Numbered from the stretch's first letter, positions 1 to 11,942 are shown. The stretch: 47,402 nt of DNA from Nemertoderma westbladi (GCA_032718475.1 JAUCBJ010007259.1:1-47402); one strand, 5' to 3'. A program made the numbers and translations. The notes: generated by a model from the sequence alone, not told the origin.

Positions 1-118
1 CTAATGTTTTTGGTTTGTTTTGTATTAAATCTTATCATCTTACAAAAGGCAGATTATCAATAAAGACATATAAATTTCGGCAGGTTAAACTGCTGAAGGT
101 CTATAAAAGCGCGTACAT

Positions 119-447
119 CAGTTTAGAGCAGTGCTAGAGTCTGGGTTGGCTCCCCCCGGGTTAAAAGCGAAGCTCAGTTTAGAGCAGTGCTAGAGTCTGG
201 GTTGGCTCCCCCCAGGTTAAAAGCGAAGCTCAGTTTAGAGCAGTGCTAGAGTCTGGGTTGGCTCCCCCCTGGTTAAAAGCGAAGCTCAGTTTAGAGCAGT
301 GCTAGAGTCTGGGTTGGCTCCCCCCGGGTTAAAAGCGAAGGTCTGTTTAGAGCAGTGCTAGAGTCTGGGTTGGCTCCCCCCGGTTTAAAAGCGAAGCTCA
401 CTTTAGAGCAGTGCTAGAGTATGGGTTGGCTCCCCCGGGTTAAAAGT
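119..447. repeat. 56-bp tandem repeat, about 6 copies
   Basis: The unit CAGTTTAGAGCAGTGCTAGAGTCTGGGTTGGCTCCCCCCGGGTTAAAAGCGAAGCT recurs at 119, 175, 231 and onward with few substitutions and no spacers. Confidence 0.95.
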
Positions 448-1019
448 TCTGGGTTTTGCTCATCAAAACAAACAACATTATTTTTTTTGTTGCGCCACAC
501 AGCGGTACAAAGATATTGCAAATCTTTTATTAGTTAATTCACCAATATATTAAATGGTGGCGTGGCACTCGTTAACTAAATGTGTGTAAGTAGAGGACCA
601 AAACGATAAAAGTAATCCGTAATGGCATATATTGAATCGCCCAAGGGATTGAGATCCAGGATGCACAAAGGTGAAAATTATTCCTTTGATGATGACTAGC
701 TATGTATTTATATAATGCACATTCCATGGCTACATTTTATACGCAAGCAATAAATTTCATAAACGGAAATTGGCATAGCTTATCAACATAGGCCTACTGT
801 ACTCCGCTAGAAATATAGCCTACCATAAAAGCCATATGGGGTCAGAATTAATCGATTTGGCATATTAGTACAGGATAAATGATATTGTAGTTATGATATT
901 ATTTACATTATATATTATTCTAACTAAATCCATAATAATAATTAATAATTGTTAACATTTTTGGTTGTTGAATGTTGAGGTATTTATAAATAACTTTCTA
1001 CATACAGAACCTTTCTATG

Positions 1020-1296
1020 ACATGGTTACTTTCCTACAGTAGTTCATCACTGTTCTTAAGTCCAGTGGTCTTGGGCGGGCATTTGAGGAAAGTTATTGGC
1101 TGTCCACCACGTCTATTCTCACCAGCAGCAGGCCGCCACAACAAGGTTGTGTAGAGGTTCGTCATCCTGCCGGCGGAAACAAACGCCGCCGTCTCAGCAG
1201 GGTGCTGCTGGGTCTTGCTATTGAGTTGTTGCCATAGTTGTATAACACCTCATTGCATAGGTGTGCATCATAGGCAATGTTGTGCACCATGCGCAG
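1020..1296 (-). mobile_element. 3' part of a decayed non-LTR retrotransposon (LINE, RTE-like ORF2 C-terminus), continuing at 13262 on the far side of the BEL insertion
   Basis: The minus-strand translation joins across the TSD as ...NRILRMVHNIAYDAHLCNEVLYNYGN...RRRRLF...LLWRPAAGENRRGGQPITF, typical of a LINE ORF2 C-terminus. Confidence 0.75.
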
Positions 1297-2478
1297 TGTT
1301 CGCGCTTTCAGACCTTTGGCAGTTTAACCCGCCAAATTAGGATGTCTTCTAGATAATAAATCACCTTTAGTCTATAACAAGTATTTAATTCACTACACTA
1401 GTCGAAACCAATCTGTGCGCGATCATTCACCCGCTGGATATACCCGGGAGATTGGGTTCGACGGCTTAATTTTATTGCTATGTAAGCCTAATGTATTATT
1501 CGACTGACAGTATTATATAATCTCTGACAATATTATTCACCTTCGGGGAATATTAACAGTTCCTTTAGGACGTGGCGCTTTATCTATACAAACAGAGTTA
1601 TGACTTAAACTACTCACAACGATATGGCTTAGTTATAATTGACATATATGGCGCATTCTTTAGGAAATGCTTCGTTATCAGTCTCACTCATACACAATGC
1701 TGCACAATACTGCACACTGATCTGCCGATCTTCACTGATTTTAGTCACATATAAAAGGAACACGGACCGAATCATGTAGGGTCTATCAAATAACATTAGA
1801 TTCACTTCAAACCACTCAACATAGGTCGCAATCATTTATCTGTAACCTTTCTCTCTTACCTTCGGTATATCAAGAATATTGGGTTTTCGGGTTATTTGTC
1901 GTTATTCCAAATATAATAATTCATCAACCATATTATGAAGAACTGACAGTAAATAGCAGTATAACAATATAAAAGTATGCACAGTGTTACACAGTATGCA
2001 GTGTATGCAGTACTGCAGTATGCAGATAACGGATATATGTCCTTATAATTAAGCCTACCAGTTTAGGACTAAAAACTGAAAACACGGAGGTGCCAAAAGC
2101 CGGTTCTTAGGCTCTGGGCAAAACATAACACTGAACTACTGAGTTTCTGTATACACCTCCAACACAGAGACAACAAACGCTCTGATTGGTCAACCTGAAC
2201 AACGAGAGAACAAAGAAACAAAGAAACGTCGACGTGGCAATATCAGCTGCTAGCCGTCGTCATGGTAGCGACACTGTTTTCAAGAGTATCGAGCTTTTAC
2301 GTCACGGAATTACGGATTATGTCCTCCAAAGTACAAATACAGAAGAAATAGCTTTTATGTCCGCTAAAACACCAGTACAGCAAGGACACGGCCTTTTTAT
2401 GCCTGGTAAACCAACTACAGAGTATTTTACGGGAAAAATAAGGAAAAATAACCGGACAATTCAGCAAAAGCTTTTACA
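1297..2478 (-). repeat. 3' LTR of the BEL/Pao element
   Basis: Starts TGTTCGCG and ends TTTTACA. Matches 12080-13261 at an offset of 10783, with about 5 substitutions seen by eye. Confidence 0.96.
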
Positions 2479-2486
2479 CCGCTCCC
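2479..2486 (-). other. Putative polypurine tract of the BEL element
   Basis: The minus strand reads GGGAGCGG immediately before the TGT start of the 3' LTR, in the same orientation as gag. Confidence 0.6.
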
Positions 2487-2599
2487 AGAAAATGGGATTT
2501 TCAGTCTATAAAATATAAAAATCACAGTTTCTAAAACATAAAGATACTCTAAACAGTTAGTTTCTTTGCGCGGACGGCGTTTACGCAGTTTCTTGAGGC

Positions 2600-3890
2600 T
2601 AGCAAGAGTCCTTTTCTCTTTGGGGGAGCCACTTTACTAGGAGGGCTATAAATCCTGGGTGAAGGGTGCAATATGATTGCATCAGAAGGTGTAGGATTAT
2701 GGTCGGGGTATCCACCGTTTCGATATGCTTCTCCTCGAGCTGATTTTCCTCCGCTCGTAGCTGGATACGTTCATCCAAAAACTCTCGCAGAGAATGGGGT
2801 TGTCTAAGTGCGATATCTTCTTAGAGATTCTGGATTTCACAATCGAACTGAGATAAAGACAATTCGTTTATCGCTTGGACTTGCTGTTATAACTTACGTT
2901 TATCTGAACAAACGTAGGTTTCCTTTCTGATCTTTGTAGAATAGCGTTTAACTCGTTTGGTACAACGTTCTCCGCCACTCTGGTGACAGGTTATATCGTG
3001 TCAAGCCAGGACGATGGTAAGGGTTAAACGGCGATATTAAATGTCCGCGTCACAATCCGGCTAGGTAAGATGGGCGGCTAGCTAGAAATCACTGTCGGAG
3101 TGTTACCGATTAATTGTTAGGGTAGCACTAGATCTTTGAACAGTGAATACAGTCCGCGAGGATCCGCGACACCACCAGGATCGCAGGTCTGAGGTCCAAC
3201 TAAGGAATGAGGAGGTTTGACCGAGTATTCCGGGACTCTGATCGTAGGTTTACTCCAGGATCGTTCGAGCCGAGTGAGCATAGGTGATACGTCAAACAAG
3301 TTTCGCTCGAAACTCCAGTAAATATAACGAGCACAACTGTGTTTAACACAACGTTTCCGTGGATGTTTATGTCTTTCCGTTTATTAGCTGGGTCTAGGGC
3401 ATTTATCATAATAATACCAAAGACGCACGTCTGGTAGGGGAAACGCGGGTGATATTTATTTGTTGTTACAATGCTTCTATCAAGAATTCCAAATATACGT
3501 TGGAGTTACCGCGTTTATTTGTTTCTTTAGTGTCTTTTCTTTCGAGTCGATTTCGAATAGAATTTTCGCATTCGAATTTCAGTTTATGGTTCCGACTCCG
3601 CTGGGCAGGATATATAGTCGACATAGTCCGTATTATGTAAATCGATAGGATGACCAGTAGTTAAGAAGACCATATACGTACCATTACGCTGCGTATATCG
3701 AGCAGCGAATTTTCTATAGTCCAACTCGCGCGAGCTGCTCTTGGGACATTGGCGGTTCGATATAACGACCATCGTCCTCCGCAGCAGTTGGACTAACGTC
3801 GCCGCGTATTAAGCTATCAACAAACGCTTGTAAAAATAGAGTATATCGCTCTCCGATACTAAGACCATCTTCTATCAACTCCGTCATATC
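2600..3890 (-). pseudogene. Possible decayed accessory ORF in the 3' region of the BEL element
   Basis: Protein-like minus-strand segments broken by isolated stops, e.g. MTELIEDGLSIGERYTLFLQAFVDSLIRG... and QQVQAINELSLSQFDCEIQNL*EDIALRQPHSLREFLDERIQLRAEENQLEEKHIE. GC content is higher than in the neighbouring UTR. Confidence 0.4.
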
Positions 3891-5551
3891 TGCTATATAT
3901 GAGTTTATCCGTATTATAATGAGTTTATATTTAGGCGAGCGGGCGTCGCTGCCTACCCCAATCAACCCCCGGACAGTACGAGATCCTCAGCGCCGATGTG
4001 TCGTCGCCGCTGTACTTTCGCCAACGACGTAGCCGCACAACGACAACGACAACCGGCACAAGTCACTCAACTGTCCGTCCCAAAGGCTTAGATATACTTC
4101 AGGTTTTCCTTGGAGAGTTAGGTTACTTTTACGATTGCGACTAGCTACTGTAAACACACCTTAGCAGTAACATTCACCTATAAACTCACAAATACCACAC
4201 AACTGGTCACAACTACGCACATTCGGGCCATTTGTCCGTTAGTCAATGCCTTCCAGAATGTCACTGTATTATTATGTATCCTTGGATACTAGTAGTGCGC
4301 TATTTATTCCCTATGCTATTCAATGGGACAAGCTTTCTATTGTTCTTTTAACTCACTTCTAATTCTAGCGTGGTTGTTGCCATGGTGTCATTATGGAAAG
4401 CTAGCGGTAGAATTAGGGTAATTCCAATGCATACAGATCTGGGATGTTATTTAATAGTAATTCTTTAATAGTCAATGTCCTGTTTATACATGACTTTACG
4501 AATTTTATCGGCTATTGACTATGTTTGGGAGACTTTCGTACACGCATACGCATAATAATATAAATCTCCGCTCCCTTGATCTATTAATTAATGGAATTTT
4601 GGGAATGTTATAAATTGCGTAAAATGGCAATTTATTAAATTCATTAAAAGACATGAATTTAAATTTATTCCCTAAAATTTTATTATTTGATAATTAAATG
4701 GGCATATTTTGATTCTAGAACATGTCTAGGGACACAAGATCCTTAATTCTAAGAAAATTGTCTCTTTAAGAATATCGGTAAATGCTACGATATGTTAATT
4801 GACTAGAATTGTTGAAGGATCTGAATTTTACAGATTTTGACTTATTTGATTTGTAAATATTAAATAATTAATATTTGAGATGGGCACCGATTTATTCCAG
4901 AACTTGTCTGGGGACGTTAACCACTGATTCTATAATTTGTCTTTCAAGTATATCGGTGGGTGCCACGATATCTTAATCGACTAGAATTACAGATGGTCAA
5001 AGGGTTTAACAGATTTATTTTGCGTTATACGCTACTGTTAAAGCTACTGTTACACTACCATACGCTACTATATGTATTATTTAATATACGGTATGAGAGC
5101 AATATCGCACGAAGCAATGTCAGTGAGAAGAGGCAAGTCGTTTCCAAGGTCTACCCAGAGCTTGGTTTAGCCGAGACACGAGGATCTGAACTTTGCATTC
5201 CTAATACTCTGCCTACCAATAATACTTAAATATAGTAGTGGCTTTATTGTACTTTAATAAGTACGGACATTTCATCTTACTGTAGTTACGTATTTGTAAT
5301 GTAATACGGACAGTAAGGAAGAAGGAAAAGAATTATTTCTTGCCGTCGCACTAAATATAATATATACGTAATTACGTACGCAATAAACACGAATATATTG
5401 CACTAATCTACTAAATAATCTCTAAAATAACATTCTACTGAATAAAATTAAAGAAAACGATTATGATAAAATTACATAGTAATACATACGTAAATATAAA
5501 AATAATAAAATAATATAAAATAATAGAGTCACACGCCCACTCCATATGTTG

Positions 5552-7210
5552 TTACGTTATGGAGTCCCTAGATGTTTGAAGGATTAGGGAGGTGGTCGTG
5601 GGATGAGAATCTTGCCTTCCACAGTTTCCGGAGAGTCCTCCATTCCCTTCCGGTAAACACAAACGACCGACTGGGTGATTGAGTCGCTGCATCCTGAATA
5701 CAATTCCAGGTTTCCTCTTCGTCCTGGAATAGTGACGATAGAAACATCGCTCAAAGTATATGACGGCATCACAAAGCCGATTCCAGGAGCTATAGTGGTC
5801 CGTCGCTCTCTGCAGGAGAGGTGAGAGTCCCTGCGAGACGTCTGATGTTCCAGAGCTCCAATCGCTCTCTCTGATCTTCATGAAGGATCCACTCGCGGTG
5901 GGGAGGTCCAGATCTACGGCGTCGTCCCTGGCAATATGTAATACCAACAGATCTATCCCGGGTTCAAATAACTCCGCTCCACCCGTCCGGGTTTTAGGTT
6001 TAACTTTCTCCGCTCCCTTGGCTGGTATAATCTCAGTCGGAGTAAGATGGGGAGGCCATTCATCCTCCTTACTCAGGAAGTTGGGTTCACCTAACCGGTC
6101 TGTAGTATCTGTCAGTTCTTGAGGAGTTGCTCCTCTGGAAGCGATGTCAGTTGGATTAAACTTCTTGGGGCAATATCTCCATTGATCTACATTGGAGCTA
6201 ATATCGTCATTATCTGAGGAGTATGGTGTTCCCTCAGTTGGGTCGTCTCCCTCACTAGTATCATCTTCCCATTCACTCACCTGGCAGACGCGATCTTGAA
6301 GCAGTCTTTCTCTGAGTGTTCTACGGGAAGGTCCAGTAAGGTACCAACCTACTCTAGTTCTTACCGCATAGGTCTGTAGTGGCTGCGGTTGAGCAGGCCG
6401 TTTCTCTAATGTCTCCAGCGCCTCATGCGCGTTTTGGCCGATGAGTATTTGCACTCCAGGATAATCAGTCTGGAATCGAGGTATGTTAAGATGTTGGATG
6501 CTCTCATCCTCATCCCAATTATAAAGGTCTGCTTGAGTAGTAGCGAAGTTCTTTATAGCCACCATTTTCACTGACCTTATACTGTATTCTCCTAGTTTAT
6601 CCTGTGGAGTGGACAACTCACCTATATAATAGTCGGCAGCTACAGTAGAATTCCAAACCTGCATGATCCCTGACATGTTTAGCTTGGTTCGGAACTTGGG
6701 TTGTCCAGCAAAGATGACTTCGGCTAGTTCTTTATCGATGAATGTTCCTGTGCTACCGGAGTCCAGGAGGGCGTTCACTATATAGCTCTTCTGAGGTCCG
6801 TGGACCCGTAACTGGACTACAGGAAATTCTCGGATTCCTACATTGGAAGTTGGCGCTTTCCAAGATGGTTGTTGATCTGAAGTAGTTAGGGTGAGGTCGC
6901 TGTCTGTGTCTTTCTCATACATGAGTGCTCGATACACTGCGGTGGTGTTTATTAAGTAACAGGATTCGTTTTCGTCGGAGAACTCGTCCGTATAGAATCC
7001 TTCCATCTCAGATTGATCAGTGTCGTTCACATCACTGAATTGGACATGTAGTTCGGACTCACTTACCTGACTCGGGCTGTTTCGTTCGAATTCAGTGTGC
7101 AACAAGATATGATGTTTCGCACCGCACTTTGCACACCTTGCGTCGGAGTGACAGGTTCGCCGTTGGTGTCCTCGTCTGAGGCAATTATAACACAACCGCT
7201 TATCCCACAT
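5552..7210 (-). CDS. BEL/Pao polyprotein, second part: gag zinc knuckles 2-3, aspartic protease, then fused in frame to the RNase H C-terminal/connection remnant
   Basis: Contains CYNCLRRGHQRRTC..CAKCGAKHHILLH, ALLDSGSTGTFI and AVRTRVGWYLTGP, followed by QWRYCPKKFNPTDIASRG..PNFL..EWP and YSSWNRL. No YVDD RT motif is present. Confidence 0.85.
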   Translation of the reverse strand: MWDKRLCYNCLRRGHQRRTCHSDARCAKCGAKHHILLHTEFERNSPSQVSESELHVQFSDVNDTDQSEMEGFYTDEFSDENESCYLINTTAVYRALMYEKDTDSDLTLTTSDQQPSWKAPTSNVGIREFPVVQLRVHGPQKSYIVNALLDSGSTGTFIDKELAEVIFAGQPKFRTKLNMSGIMQVWNSTVAADYYIGELSTPQDKLGEYSIRSVKMVAIKNFATTQADLYNWDEDESIQHLNIPRFQTDYPGVQILIGQNAHEALETLEKRPAQPQPLQTYAVRTRVGWYLTGPSRRTLRERLLQDRVCQVSEWEDDTSEGDDPTEGTPYSSDNDDISSNVDQWRYCPKKFNPTDIASRGATPQELTDTTDRLGEPNFLSKEDEWPPHLTPTEIIPAKGAEKVKPKTRTGGAELFEPGIDLLVLHIARDDAVDLDLPTASGSFMKIRESDWSSGTSDVSQGLSPLLQRATDHYSSWNRLCDAVIYFERCFYRHYSRTKRKPGIVFRMQRLNHPVGRLCLPEGNGGLSGNCGRQDSHPTTTSLILQTSRDSIT

Positions 7211-7213
7211 GAC

Positions 7214-9622
7214 TTAATGTCTATCCTTTAGTGATTTCCTCAGGAATTTATCACACGCATTTAAACGGTGGAGCCCGTCGCACAGCACACATTTCGGCTT
7301 GATGTTACTTACTTTAACCTGTGCTATGTGGTGCACACTTGTTCTTTCCTCGGGCTTTCTCACCTGAATTCTTTTAGGAGACGTAGGAGGGGTTTTTTGT
7401 ACCGGTTCCCTTCTGTCATTGGGTCGAGACTCGGATTTACTTACCTGATCTTTAGGCATTTGATTGACATAATAAGATCTGTCAGTGTCTTTCCCGCTGT
7501 CCTCTCCTTGAGAAGTTTGGCTTTCACCGTCGTCGGTATAACATACTGGTGTTACCCTTCTCCTAGAAACGGGTTTCTCACTTACCTTGTTTTCCAATGT
7601 CTTCTCTCTGGACTGCCTTAGGAGCTGTAATTTCACTTCTCTATCTAAGAATGACATGAGATCAGTCATGGTAGGGTCTCGTCGTTGTTGTTCCATCATA
7701 TATAACACCTTCTTGTCCCAGCGTGTACCTACTCCACCCTTGGGCAAAGTAGATGCTAAGGCTCCTACAACCATAGAATTCTGGTATTCATGAGACTTAC
7801 CTAACCAATCTAGTTGTCTACAGATCTCCTGAATCTCATCGGAAAACTCTATAATCCCGCTGCTAAGAAACTTTCGGGGCGCCATTAATTTCGCATATAA
7901 ATACCTAGCTATGTTAGTCCTATTACCATACCTGATGTTTAGTGTATCCCAAACTTGTCTTAATCCATCTGGATGTCCAATAAATTTTAACGCCATTGAC
8001 TTGGGAGATCCTTCCAAACACTCGATGAGGTATCTAAGTTTTTCTCCATTAGATAGTACAGAGTTCTGTATGTTATCTTTGTAATATTCATTAAAAGGTA
8101 ACCATTTCATCTCATCTCCATTGAACTTGACGATCTCTCCCACCTTTACCGCTTGCCGGGCTTCGGTTCTAGCCATTTGACGCGTAAAACTTTCTTGGGC
8201 CATCGTGTTATTTAATATCGAGTTACCGGTATATAAATTTCTCGGATTATGATCAGTTCTATGTGGAACATCATTATCAACAGGTCTATAATTACCCTTA
8301 ATAGGGTTCACTATAGGAGTTTCTACTTCGCTAGCAGTATATATGCGTGTAGGCTCCACACCTTGCGCATGCGATACTTCAGACCTAACAGGTTGACACA
8401 TTGTTACAGAGGGTGGTGGTATACCCTTTTGAGTATTTACTAATTTATCGCGTTCTAGCGCGATACTTTGCTGCACTTCTTGCAACTCTAGCCTACTTTC
8501 CCTTACTGTGCCCTTGAATTGCTGGACAGTCTCCTGCATCTGCCCGAGCAGGATATCCATCCCCCGCCGTCTCTCGTCCACCCATTCGACCGCAGAAGCG
8601 GGAGTCGCCAACGTTGTAGCGGGCGGACGAGGGACAATGGGCGACAAATCAGGAATATTTCGCTCGGGGTCCAGGACCTGAACTGTCTCTTGGGCAGTTC
8701 TACGGGGCACAGGTAGCTTAGTGCTATGCAGAGGGAATTTAGAGGTAGTTTCAGGGAGCACAGGTGTGTCTATCACCGAAGGGGTGATTTCAAGAACAGG
8801 CCTAATTATTTCAGGCTCATCTACTATAGTAGGGAGTCTTTCTATTTTAATTATTTGGTCTGTGGGCTCTGTACTACCTAAGTTGGTGTTATTTAGTTGC
8901 CTTCTAACAGCTGGAGGCAAATCAGGCAATTTCTGACGGTGGAATGTTCTTTTACGTCTGCTTAGACGAGATCTATTTCCTTTGCCTTCAGTATCGGTGG
9001 TATCGCCTTCCTCAGATGATGTATATCCCTGTCTTTTGGGAGTAGATCGATTCATCATCTGCATATTACTAGCTGTTAACTGTTTATTTATGCAGTCTTG
9101 ATTCTCCTGAATGTATTCCAATTCTAGTTGGGTGGTTTCTTCAGATGCCTTTCGTTCTGCTTCTGCCACTGCAGCTGCTAAAGCCGCTTTTCTTTCTGAT
9201 TCTGCCACTGCAGCTGCTAAAGCCGCTTTTCTTTCTGCTTCTGCCACTGCAGCTGCTAAAGCCGCTTTTCTTTCTGCTTCTGCCACTGCAGCTGCCAAGG
9301 CCGCTGCTATTTTCTTTCTGTCTTCTATAAGTTTTTTCTTTACTTGCACTTCTTGGACTCTAGTGATGCGGAGTTGTTCATCAAATTTAGCCTGGTTCGC
9401 AGCTAACATTTCCGCATCGATGGCGTCCAGCACAAGCTTGGTTCCTTCACTATTAGGGCTAAGCCCCTCCAGCCTTCTCCTCAACTCTTCATCTCCCAAA
9501 AAACGTTGATAGTCTGACAGATAGATGTCAATGGCATCCCTCTTATGCGGTTTCTCTGCTGTCACTTCGCTCTCGGTTGTATCTAGTAGACTGTCTGACA
9601 GGTTCTGCTTTGCGTCAGACAT
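7214..9622 (-). CDS. BEL/Pao gag (coiled-coil N-terminus, DUF1759-like capsid core, first zinc knuckle), ended by an in-frame TAA
   Basis: KFNGDEMKWLPF..LSNGEKLRYLIECLEGSP..VWDTLNIRYG is typical of BEL gag, and CVLCDGLHRLNAC is a knuckle. It is in the same frame as the 5552-7210 ORF (TAA-GTC-ATG). Confidence 0.88.
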   Translation of the reverse strand: MSDAKQNLSDSLLDTTESEVTAEKPHKRDAIDIYLSDYQRFLGDEELRRRLEGLSPNSEGTKLVLDAIDAEMLAANQAKFDEQLRITRVQEVQVKKKLIEDRKKIAAALAAAVAEAERKAALAAAVAEAERKAALAAAVAESERKAALAAAVAEAERKASEETTQLELEYIQENQDCINKQLTASNMQMMNRSTPKRQGYTSSEEGDTTDTEGKGNRSRLSRRKRTFHRQKLPDLPPAVRRQLNNTNLGSTEPTDQIIKIERLPTIVDEPEIIRPVLEITPSVIDTPVLPETTSKFPLHSTKLPVPRRTAQETVQVLDPERNIPDLSPIVPRPPATTLATPASAVEWVDERRRGMDILLGQMQETVQQFKGTVRESRLELQEVQQSIALERDKLVNTQKGIPPPSVTMCQPVRSEVSHAQGVEPTRIYTASEVETPIVNPIKGNYRPVDNDVPHRTDHNPRNLYTGNSILNNTMAQESFTRQMARTEARQAVKVGEIVKFNGDEMKWLPFNEYYKDNIQNSVLSNGEKLRYLIECLEGSPKSMALKFIGHPDGLRQVWDTLNIRYGNRTNIARYLYAKLMAPRKFLSSGIIEFSDEIQEICRQLDWLGKSHEYQNSMVVGALASTLPKGGVGTRWDKKVLYMMEQQRRDPTMTDLMSFLDREVKLQLLRQSREKTLENKVSEKPVSRRRVTPVCYTDDGESQTSQGEDSGKDTDRSYYVNQMPKDQVSKSESRPNDRREPVQKTPPTSPKRIQVRKPEERTSVHHIAQVKVSNIKPKCVLCDGLHRLNACDKFLRKSLKDRH
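9146..9305 (-). repeat. 39-bp coding tandem repeat (x4) in gag encoding AAAVAEAERKAAL
   Basis: Visible directly in both the DNA and the translation. Confidence 0.9.
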
Positions 9623-9754
9623 GCTTATGTGTACAGTTGAATGTCTACTGCTGTATTACAGTCTGAGCAAGTCTAGCAACTCAGTATTAACTGCTAGCCT
9701 AGTAATTAATTACCGGTACTGCTACTCAGTGTAGCGTGATATATATAATATATT

Positions 9755-10132
9755 AGAATACCGGTATGCTTATAGTATATATAACTATTATTACAGACTA
9801 GGTTTATCACAGAATACCGGTATAATTTTAGCACAAATATATATAAATATATAATAGGCCTATCGGGAATACCGGTATACAGCTTACAGTTTGTAGCATA
9901 TATAAGTATAATTCTGGACTAGAATTAATTATAAAGTACCGGTATAATTTCAGCCTAAATTTATAGAAATAAAGATAATAGGCCTATCGTAAATACCGGT
10001 ATGCAGTTTACACTTATAGTGTATATATATAAGTATAATTACAAACTAGAATTAATTACAGAATACCGGTATGATTTCAACCTAAAATTTATAGAAATAA
10101 ATATAATAAGCCTATTGTAAATACCGGTATAT
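9755..10132. repeat. Degenerate tandem repeat in the BEL 5' UTR with TACCGGTA about every 55-68 bp (about 125-bp dimer x3)
   Basis: Alternating subunits ATACCGGTATGC/AC...CTAGAATTAATT and TACCGGTATAATTT...TAGGCCTATCG. Confidence 0.75.
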
Positions 10133-11069
10133 CAATTATTTTAAATAACTGAATTTCTGAATTTTAAGGGTTACTTGGTTACTTTAACTTACTTTATTGC
10201 CGTTATTTAAGCAGTAGTCCAACTGATATTGAGACCTAATTGTTGTATGGCAGGCCTACTATTTATAAATCGTTTGAGTTGATTTATAATATATATATAC
10301 CCGTTTAATGGGTTTTGTCAATGTTGAAATAAATGTTATTATTTCTGGGGAGTAATCACTACACAAAGCGGTGCGCTTTCCGTGAAGTGTTACTTATAGG
10401 ACACTAAAACAAATAATTCTAATTTACCTAAGTTACTTAATACTACAAATTACGTACAATTCGGGTGAGATTACAATCTCTAAATAAACACAAAAATTTA
10501 CAAAAAACACAAATACGAATTTTTTAGGGTAATTTTACAAGAAGTCTACAAACCAGCCTAACAAAGGGTTAGAAATCTGGTTATTACAACGGACAGGGTA
10601 CTACGGTATTTGAAAATAATACGTAGTAGTAAATACACTGCGTTGTCCAGATAGGAAAATACCACCGCCTGACGACCTATAGCCGTATCGCTACAGGTAC
10701 TACGTTATGTATCACGGAGTGTTCCTACCTAGAAGTTAATAGAGCTAATCGAACGTGCCTATCAACCACTTTACAACACAAATATAATACCTACACTAAT
10801 TACTTTCGGAAAGCACTGTACACTAAACCCTAATTAGGTACGAGTACTTGTACAATCAGATAATCAGTAGTTAAATATACTTGAACAGCTAAAAGAACCA
10901 CGGCATCTGCTGGAGTGACCGATGCACAAAATCACCAGTCTTTACCTACGCCAAGCAGCCCGTGTAGTACCGGGGTTAATTTAACTATAGCGGTATGTAT
11001 AACAAACACAATTACTGTAGGAACAAACTTGGGGAATGAATGTTGCGGATAATCGCATAAACTCTGAAT

Positions 11070-11643
11070 AATAAATATTACGCTACGCGTACAAACTACT
11101 CAAACAAAATGCAGACCGAACACTGACAGACTACTATCAAGCCTAAACAAACTACAGTATATGCAGACTCCGAAATAATTAGGTAGTATGCGTTCTAACC
11201 CAGTAGTACGACTTATTCTTTAGTTGGGGGTTTACCTTACAGCATTCACTGCCCCTACTTCCTAACCGTTCTTTATCGGACAAGTGATCTACACACGCTG
11301 CAATCCGTTCAGACCTAATAACAGCCAGACAACTATCCAGCCTACAAATTATCTAAATAAATATTATACGCTACCCGTACAGACTTACACAAACAAAGTA
11401 CAGACTAAACGATGGCAGACTACTCTCAAGCCTAAATAAACTACAGGACATGCAGACTCCGAAATGATTAGGTAGTATGCGTTCTAACCCAGTAGTACGA
11501 CTTATTCTTTAGTTGGGGGTTTACCTTACAGCATTCGCTGCCCCTACTTCCTAACCGTTCTTTATCGGACAGGTGATCTACACACACTGCAATCCGTTCA
11601 GACTTAACAGCAATCAGACAACAGTCCAACCTACAAATTATCT
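11070..11643. repeat. Tandem duplication of about 289 bp in the BEL 5' UTR
   Basis: CCGAAAT(A/G)ATTAGGTAGTATGCGTTCTAACCC occurs at 11170 and 11459, and the two copies align over their whole length. Confidence 0.9.
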
Positions 11644-11817
11644 GTACAATCTGATCAGGCTTACACGCCTTCTGTTCAATACTGGCCTACAAATAAATAA
11701 AACTGACAGAAATAGGCCTAAGTAAAATCCCAATAAAAACCAGGCGTCCCCGATTAATTATTAAGACCTACCGGCATATAATAATCAAAATCGAATAATA
11801 CTGCTGTACCTATACGG

Positions 11818-11942
11818 GAAGTACCGGTTAGGACAGTTGGGCCTACAGACCTACAGAAGTACCGGTTCTGGCAGTTGGGCCTACTGACCTACGGCAGTAC
11901 CGGTTCTGGCGGTTGGGCCTACTGACCTACTGAAGTACCGTT
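11818..11942. repeat. About 37-bp tandem repeat x3 in the BEL 5' UTR
   Basis: The unit AGTACCGGTTCTGGCAGTTGGGCCTACTGACCTAC is repeated. Confidence 0.85.

Noticed and set aside
119-447. GTTTAGAGC-starting repeats resembling a type II CRISPR repeat
   Set aside because: The units are head-to-tail with no unique spacers, there are no cas genes, and the context is eukaryotic.
1572-2518. Short ORFs duplicated at 12355-13334
   Set aside because: They lie inside the LTRs, mostly use non-ATG starts and have no recognisable motifs. LTR identity explains the duplication.
9111-9509. Plus-strand Ala-rich 132-aa ORF and other antisense ORFs over gag and pol
   Set aside because: These are antisense shadows of the real coding frames and of the 39-bp repeat.
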